Positions 29,360-32,829 of a stretch of 32,829 nt of DNA are shown one piece after another. Source of the stretch: Firmicutes bacterium UBA5420 (GTDB taxonomy: Bacteria > Bacillota > Limnochordia > Darwinibacteriales > Darwinibacteriaceae). Under the pieces are notes generated by a model that was not told the origin of the DNA, searched no databases, and was given only the letters and a program-made list of their open reading frames with translations. The stretch spans positions 739 through 33,567 of the forward strand of contig DHNI01000008.1 in assembly GCA_002409455.1 (NCBI GenBank). The letters are read 5' to 3'. Within the stretch, counting starts at the first letter, position 1; the number at the start of each line of letters is the position of its first letter. The translations under genes and the position numbers were made by a program.

Positions 29360-29758
29360 TCAATTCCTCCTAGTTGCAGCTACTACCTCCCGGAGTAAAT
29401 CATTCATTTCTTCTGTGATTTTCTGTTGCTGCTGCATTAATCCATGCATCTGATCGATAATCCGCTGAAGATCACGTCGATCGCTGTTTGCCTGCACATA
29501 GCCAACCGCCTGATCGGTGGATAATACATAGATACCTGAACCATGCTTAACATCGACAATTCCTTTTTGTTGAAGCAAAGCCGTGGCTCGGCGAATTGTC
29601 TCTGGTGATACTCGATACAATCCTGCTAAAGTGGAACGACCATGTAAACGAGAACCAGGCAAATACGTCCCCTGCACGATCTGTTCGGCAATAGCTAAGG
29701 CGACGGACTCATAGCGTGCCATGCGCTCAGAATGCCTTTCTTTATTCTCCGGCATCAC
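29360..29758 (-). CDS. Small GntR-family (YtrA/BusR-like) transcriptional regulator: wHTH plus coiled coil, no effector domain
   Basis: GntR wHTH (LPGSRLHGRSTLAGLYRVSPETIRRATALLQQKGIVDVKHGSGIYV) followed by a heptad-like tail. Its TGA stop abuts the ATG of the ATPase gene. Confidence 0.8.
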   Translation of the reverse strand: MMPENKERHSERMARYESVALAIAEQIVQGTYLPGSRLHGRSTLAGLYRVSPETIRRATALLQQKGIVDVKHGSGIYVLSTDQAVGYVQANSDRRDLQRIIDQMHGLMQQQQKITEEMNDLLREVVAATRRN

Positions 29759-29793
29759 TTCTGCCCTCCAATCAACATAAAAAGTGACAACTT

Positions 29794-29822
29794 ATTATAC
29801 CGCGTCCAAGTTGCCACATCAA
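29794..29822 (-). promoter_or_regulatory. Sigma-A-type promoter TTGATG-N17-TATAAT for the regulator-opu operon
   Basis: On the minus strand the -35 is at 29822-29817 and the -10 at 29799-29794, about 36 nt upstream of the ATG. Confidence 0.6.
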
Positions 29823-29826
29823 CTTG
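29807..29826 (-). promoter_or_regulatory. Inverted repeat CAAGTTG-N6-CAACTTG overlapping the -35 element; candidate operator
   Basis: Perfect 7-bp arms at 29807-29813 and 29820-29826. Confidence 0.45.
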
Positions 29827-29949
29827 CGCTTGTTCGGCTCTCCCTGCCCTGATCTTGACATGCGGTGCATAGCATGGATTAGAACACTCAGACAGCCAAA
29901 TCTGACCATAGGCTTTCATATACTCATAAAGCGAACTGTTTGGGCAAAT

Positions 29950-29970
29950 CAAAAAAAGGCCTGTGCCTTT
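29950..29970 (-). terminator. Weak terminator after codY (AAAGGC-ACAG-GCCTTT followed by a T-run)
   Basis: Short 6-bp stem followed by T residues on the minus strand, 30 nt after the codY stop. Confidence 0.4.
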
Positions 29971-29999
29971 CATACACAGACCCTTGTGAAAACAAACTA

Positions 30000-30743
30000 T
30001 TAGGCTTTAGGATGCGAATACCACTGCTTCTCAAATTCTTTGTGGATTTCGGGGTTCAAAACCCGTAAGTACGTACCCTTCATGCCCAAAGAGCGGGATT
30101 CAATCACATTAGCTGAAGCTAATTTACGCAGTGCGTTGACGATGACAGAGCGGGTGATCTCCGCTTCATCGGCAATGCGACTGGCAACAAGCAATCCTTC
30201 GTCTCCGTTGAGCTCTTCAAAAATCCTTTGCATGGCCAATATCTCCGAGTATGATAGACTATTAATGGCCGAGCGGGCGGATCTTGTCTGGGCCGCTTTG
30301 TCTTCTTGCCGTTCGTGAATAACGCGAGAGATGATCATTCCTAAGGTAACACCGGCGATGTTTGCAACATCCATGTCTTGATCACTGTACTCTCCGCTGC
30401 GCCGTACACAGAGCACCGAACCGACACGCTCGTCTCCACCGATGATGGGAGTAACCATGATCGCTTCTCCATTTGCTCCTTCTTGCACGCTGATGTCTGC
30501 CACTCGATTGGCCATGCTTTGAATTTCGTTAGAAGCTACGCCTGTAAAAAGCCAATCCGAGTCGAATGGTGTACTATCGAAACCATCCTCAAGGGCATAG
30601 CCGAGCACATTACCTTTTCTACCGAGAATGTAGACGCTACTCTCATCCATGCCCGAACGGAGAGCCTCGCAAAGCTCATTGAAATCTACATCTGTCGTAA
30701 TCTGCTGAAGAGATTGCAGATACTGTTTCATTCTTCCTAACAT
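30000..30743 (-). CDS. codY: GTP/BCAA-sensing pleiotropic transcriptional repressor CodY
   Basis: N-terminal GAF region. C-terminal wHTH ASRIADEAEITRSVIVNALRKLASANVIESRSLGMKGTYLRVLN is diagnostic. The ATG at 30743 has a GAGAGGTGA RBS; the GTG at 30755 abuts it. Confidence 0.95.
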   Translation of the reverse strand: MLGRMKQYLQSLQQITTDVDFNELCEALRSGMDESSVYILGRKGNVLGYALEDGFDSTPFDSDWLFTGVASNEIQSMANRVADISVQEGANGEAIMVTPIIGGDERVGSVLCVRRSGEYSDQDMDVANIAGVTLGMIISRVIHERQEDKAAQTRSARSAINSLSYSEILAMQRIFEELNGDEGLLVASRIADEAEITRSVIVNALRKLASANVIESRSLGMKGTYLRVLNPEIHKEFEKQWYSHPKA

Positions 30744-30794
30744 TTTTTTGTTCACCTCTCTATTTTCGCAGAAAAATCTTTCCGTATAGTGTCA

Positions 30795-30823
30795 ATTATA
30801 TATTTTCGCACAATTAATGTCAA
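30795..30823 (-). promoter_or_regulatory. Consensus sigma-A promoter TTGACA-N17-TATAAT upstream of codY
   Basis: On the minus strand, TTGACA is at 30823-30818 and TATAAT at 30800-30795. The spacer contains AATTGTGCGAAAATA, which resembles a CodY box. Confidence 0.7.
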
Positions 30824-30922
30824 CGTTGTCTGCCAATTGAAAATAAGAAATTGACGGGCCATTTAGCGGCCAAAGAGCGGTCTATATATGGGTCTGCCGA
30901 CTGGCATTTGGTGAATTGGCGA

Positions 30923-30951
30923 TTGACTTTGAGGTCGGAACGTGCTAAATT
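30923..30951 (+). promoter_or_regulatory. Candidate promoter TTGACT-N17-TAAATT for tRNA-Leu
   Basis: The -10 ends 13 nt before the mature tRNA 5' end. Confidence 0.45.
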
Positions 30952-30964
30952 AATAAAGTAACGA

Positions 30965-31050
30965 GCCGAAGTGGCGGAACGGCAGACGCGCTGCGTTCAG
31001 GGCGCAGTGGGCAATAGCCCGTGTGGGTTCAAATCCCACCTTCGGCACCA
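30965..31050 (+). tRNA. tRNA-Leu (anticodon CAG), class II with long variable arm, CCA encoded
   Basis: Acceptor stem GCCGAAG/CTTCGGC; anticodon stem CTGCG/CGCAG with loop TTCAGGG; variable arm TGGGCAATAGCCCGT; T arm GTGGG-TTCAAAT-CCCAC; 3' end ACCA. Confidence 0.93.
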
Positions 31051-31060
31051 TAAGAAGATT

Positions 31061-31094
31061 AACCCCAGTTTAGCTGGGGTTTTGTTGTTTTTTG
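31061..31094 (+). terminator. Rho-independent terminator after tRNA-Leu (AACCCCAG-TTTAG-CTGGGGTT then TTGTTGTTTTTT)
   Basis: 8-bp stem plus T-tract read directly from the sequence. Confidence 0.8.
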
Positions 31095-31101
31095 AACGAA
31101 G

Positions 31102-31121
31102 TTGCCCATCAATTGCCCATC
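31102..31121 (+). repeat. Tandem direct 9-mers TTGCCCATC-AA-TTGCCCATC (11-bp register)
   Basis: Exact duplication at 31102-31110 and 31113-31121, between the tRNA terminator and the islet genes. Confidence 0.7.
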
Positions 31122-31199
31122 CGCAGATATTTTGGTTGAGATTCGCAAACGGCTTCTACGGCATTATTAATGTCAAAAGGGATTAAGAACGAGAAAGGC

Positions 31200-31913
31200 T
31201 TACATTTGAGTTACTCGATTGAAATATTTAATCATGTCTTGCCAAACCCAACGGACCTCCATTGGAAGAGTAAAGGTTCGGTTCTTTTCCCCAACAAAAC
31301 GAACCCTAATTTCTTCATCCTCCTCAGCATATGCGATAGCGTACGCCAAAGCCCGAGTATCCTTGTGAGATAACGGAAAATCTACCCGTTCTGTCACACC
31401 ACCTCCGTTCCAATTCACTTCTCGTTTAACGTAGCCACTGTAAGAAGGTAGCTCTTGAGTGACATAACGTTGATCCCCAACCAGTACAATCACGTGGTCA
31501 AAAAAGATCCAATCCTTTCCAGAATAAGTGGCCCTTATAAACGCCCAATGTGAGTCTTTGTCATATCCGACATAAGGATAAAACCTAACACCTGACAATT
31601 TGCTGTTGCGATGGCTGCTGGCCCAGTTGGGATGGTATAAAAAGCCCACGTCTCGAAACTCATCCCAGTCGTCCAGCAGCGCTAGGTCTATTATCTGCTT
31701 CTCCAAAGCTTCTGTAGGTGGGTTGCTTTCTGCTAACATCTCCAGATTTGAATCTGACAGTCGCCCCCCAAGAATTAGGTTGACATAGCTTGGACCAAGA
31801 TCTGGATATAAAGAAACAAACCAAAGAGCCATTTCTGACGGCCCACCACATCCTGTTAAAAAAACTGTTACCAAAACTAGAAGGGTCACAAACAAACTCG
31901 TTGTTCTTTTCAC
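31200..31913 (-). CDS. Hypothetical lipoprotein (lipobox LTGC), no recognisable domain
   Basis: VKRTTSLFVTLLVLVTVFLTGCGG signal and lipobox. The GTG at 31913 is preceded by AAGGGGGA, 9 nt upstream; the ATG at 31970 is the alternative start. Confidence 0.55.
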   Translation of the reverse strand: MKRTTSLFVTLLVLVTVFLTGCGGPSEMALWFVSLYPDLGPSYVNLILGGRLSDSNLEMLAESNPPTEALEKQIIDLALLDDWDEFRDVGFLYHPNWASSHRNSKLSGVRFYPYVGYDKDSHWAFIRATYSGKDWIFFDHVIVLVGDQRYVTQELPSYSGYVKREVNWNGGGVTERVDFPLSHKDTRALAYAIAYAEEDEEIRVRFVGEKNRTFTLPMEVRWVWQDMIKYFNRVTQM

Positions 31914-31979
31914 GATAAACAGTCCCCCTTTTCCAAAATTACTTTTTTTAATGTGTAATCTCTGATCCATCGGCCTCGA

Positions 31980-32231
31980 TCAACGTTTTTCTCTTTTAAA
32001 AACTAACATAACGTATCGCGTAGAATCGAAAATCCATGAAGTAAGTGATAAACTCCTTGTCCGACCGCGTCCCAACTCCTCCAGGTGGTCCAGTTCCCAC
32101 CCCTTCTTGGCTTGTTTATTTATTTCCTTCTGTACTGCTCGGGAATATCCGCCGCCAGATTTAAGGGTACCACTCACCTTAACTGTTTTGTACTCATACT
32201 GTGGCCCCTTTTTCTTCCTTCTGCCAAACAC
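31980..32231 (-). CDS. Small DUF4177-like protein
   Basis: The pattern YEYKTVKV...KEINKQAKKGWEL...MLVFKR matches DUF4177. The GTG at 32231 is preceded by GGGGGTGGGG. The longest ORF extends to 32324. Confidence 0.45.
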   Translation of the reverse strand: MFGRRKKKGPQYEYKTVKVSGTLKSGGGYSRAVQKEINKQAKKGWELDHLEELGRGRTRSLSLTSWIFDSTRYVMLVFKREKR

Positions 32232-32379
32232 TACCCCACCCCCATCTTTTTTAAAAAAATGAGATAATTGGATAACATTAATGAACTTTTCTACACAGAC
32301 GCCGTCTTCGCTCCCCACCCACACCTATCAACATATTCATACCTCAACCACCCCAAACATTAAGAACATGGGTTTCAAT

Positions 32380-32422
32380 TAAAAAAGGCGGCTAGACTAT
32401 CCATAATGTCTCGTCTAACCGC
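32380..32422 (-). terminator. Terminator-like hairpin after the integrase (GCGGTTAGAC/GTCTAGCCGC, one mismatch, 15-nt loop, then CTTTTTT)
   Basis: 10-bp imperfect stem at 32388-32397 and 32413-32422, with T-runs on both sides. Confidence 0.5.
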
Positions 32423-32434
32423 TTTTTCTCATGT

Positions 32435-32829
32435 CTAGATCTCCAACGCGTCACCTAGCAACCTAGCAGCTTGATCTTGCATTGTGGGCGTGACATGCGA
32501 ATACCGATTGAGCGTCATGCTAATATCCGAGTGTCCAAGGCGTTCTTGTACTATTTTCGGATTTACCCCCTTAGCTAATAGCAGCGTAGCACAGGTGTGC
32601 CGCAAGTCGTGAAACCGGATCTTTTTTACTCCGGCACTTTCAATTAGGTTAGCAAAGCTTCTCTGACCGAAATTATTGATCTGAATTGGGTCCCCATTCT
32701 CCTTAGCGAATACAAAATCCCTATCTTTGTAGGCGCCTCCTAGACTCAACTTTAATTCCTTTTGTCTCAGCTGATGTTTTCTGAGCAAGCTGGCTGTCTG
32801 TGGTGAAATGGTATGGCTCTGCCCCGACC
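32435..32829 (-). CDS. Tyrosine recombinase/phage integrase, C-terminal catalytic part (5' end beyond the window)
   Basis: HDLRHTCATLLL, ERLGHSDISMT and LNRYSHV (the H-x-x-R, H and Y catalytic motifs). The frame stays open to the window edge. Confidence 0.9.
   Translation of the reverse strand, partial: SGQSHTISPQTASLLRKHQLRQKELKLSLGGAYKDRDFVFAKENGDPIQINNFGQRSFANLIESAGVKKIRFHDLRHTCATLLLAKGVNPKIVQERLGHSDISMTLNRYSHVTPTMQDQAARLLGDALEI

Larger units (their letters stand above)
31051..32829. mobile_element. Putative edge of an integrated element flanking tRNA-Leu (integrase plus two orphan genes); the far boundary lies outside the window
   Basis: A tyrosine integrase lies 1.4 kb from a tRNA 3' end. 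Hand counts on a few 60-nt lines give about 35-40% GC here, against about 50-57% in the housekeeping part. Confidence 0.45.

Noticed and set aside
29755-29973. 72-aa minus-strand ORF between codY and the GntR-like regulator.
   Set aside because: It spans the codY terminator and the TTGATG-N17-TATAAT promoter and operator. It has no RBS and a Cys/Trp-rich composition with no resemblance to anything. The spacer is better explained as regulatory DNA.
30971-31186. 71-aa plus-strand ORF.
   Set aside because: It is made up of the tRNA-Leu gene and its terminator read as protein.
31051-32434. Looked for a second copy of the tRNA-Leu 3' end within the window, to define an att repeat.
   Set aside because: Only a trivial GGGTTTCAA / GGGTTCAAA resemblance at about 32370 was found. 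It is not a convincing direct repeat, so the element boundary cannot be set from this window.

Overview
About 50% GC chromosomal segment with Bacillota (Firmicutes) gene order; almost all genes are on the minus strand. Reading 5' to 3' along the minus strand (high to low coordinates): (i) a partial tyrosine integrase, a DUF4177-like gene and an orphan lipoprotein form an AT-richer islet next to tRNA-Leu(CAG). (ii) A standalone codY. (iii) A small GntR/BusR-like regulator with an OpuC-type osmoprotectant ABC transporter. (iv) dinB on the plus strand, divergent from hflX. (v) A tightly packed housekeeping string: tdk, an RCK_C membrane protein, DUF1385, prfA, prmC, sua5/tsaC, a fused YwlE-RpiB, upp, dCMP deaminase, a tagO-like gene and wecB, running straight into atpA-atpG-atpD-atpC with no atpI/B/E/F/H. 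(vi) A sporulation and cell-shape block: a SpoIIQ-like degenerate LytM protein, spoIIID and an mreB/mbl paralog. (vii) A flagellar rod and L/P-ring operon flgF-G-A-H-I-J(rod-binding only), followed by a secreted phosphodiester glycosidase and a secreted S55 (SpoIVB-like) peptidase. The order tdk...prfA-prmC-ywlC-ywlE-rpiB-upp-atp...spoIIID-mbl-flhO/flhP mirrors Bacillus subtilis. The presence of flgA/flgH/flgI points to a diderm, endospore-forming Bacillota lineage (Negativicutes, Halanaerobiales or Limnochordia type). No CRISPR array, rRNA or obvious defence system was seen. The most interesting items are: a sigma-28 promoter nested inside the mbl terminator hairpin; an apparent non-canonical ATA start for flgF; the F1-only atp cluster; the glycosidase plus apparently permuted S55 protease pair appended to the flagellar operon; and the tRNA-Leu islet. 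All calls come from reading the sequence and translations by eye, with no database search.
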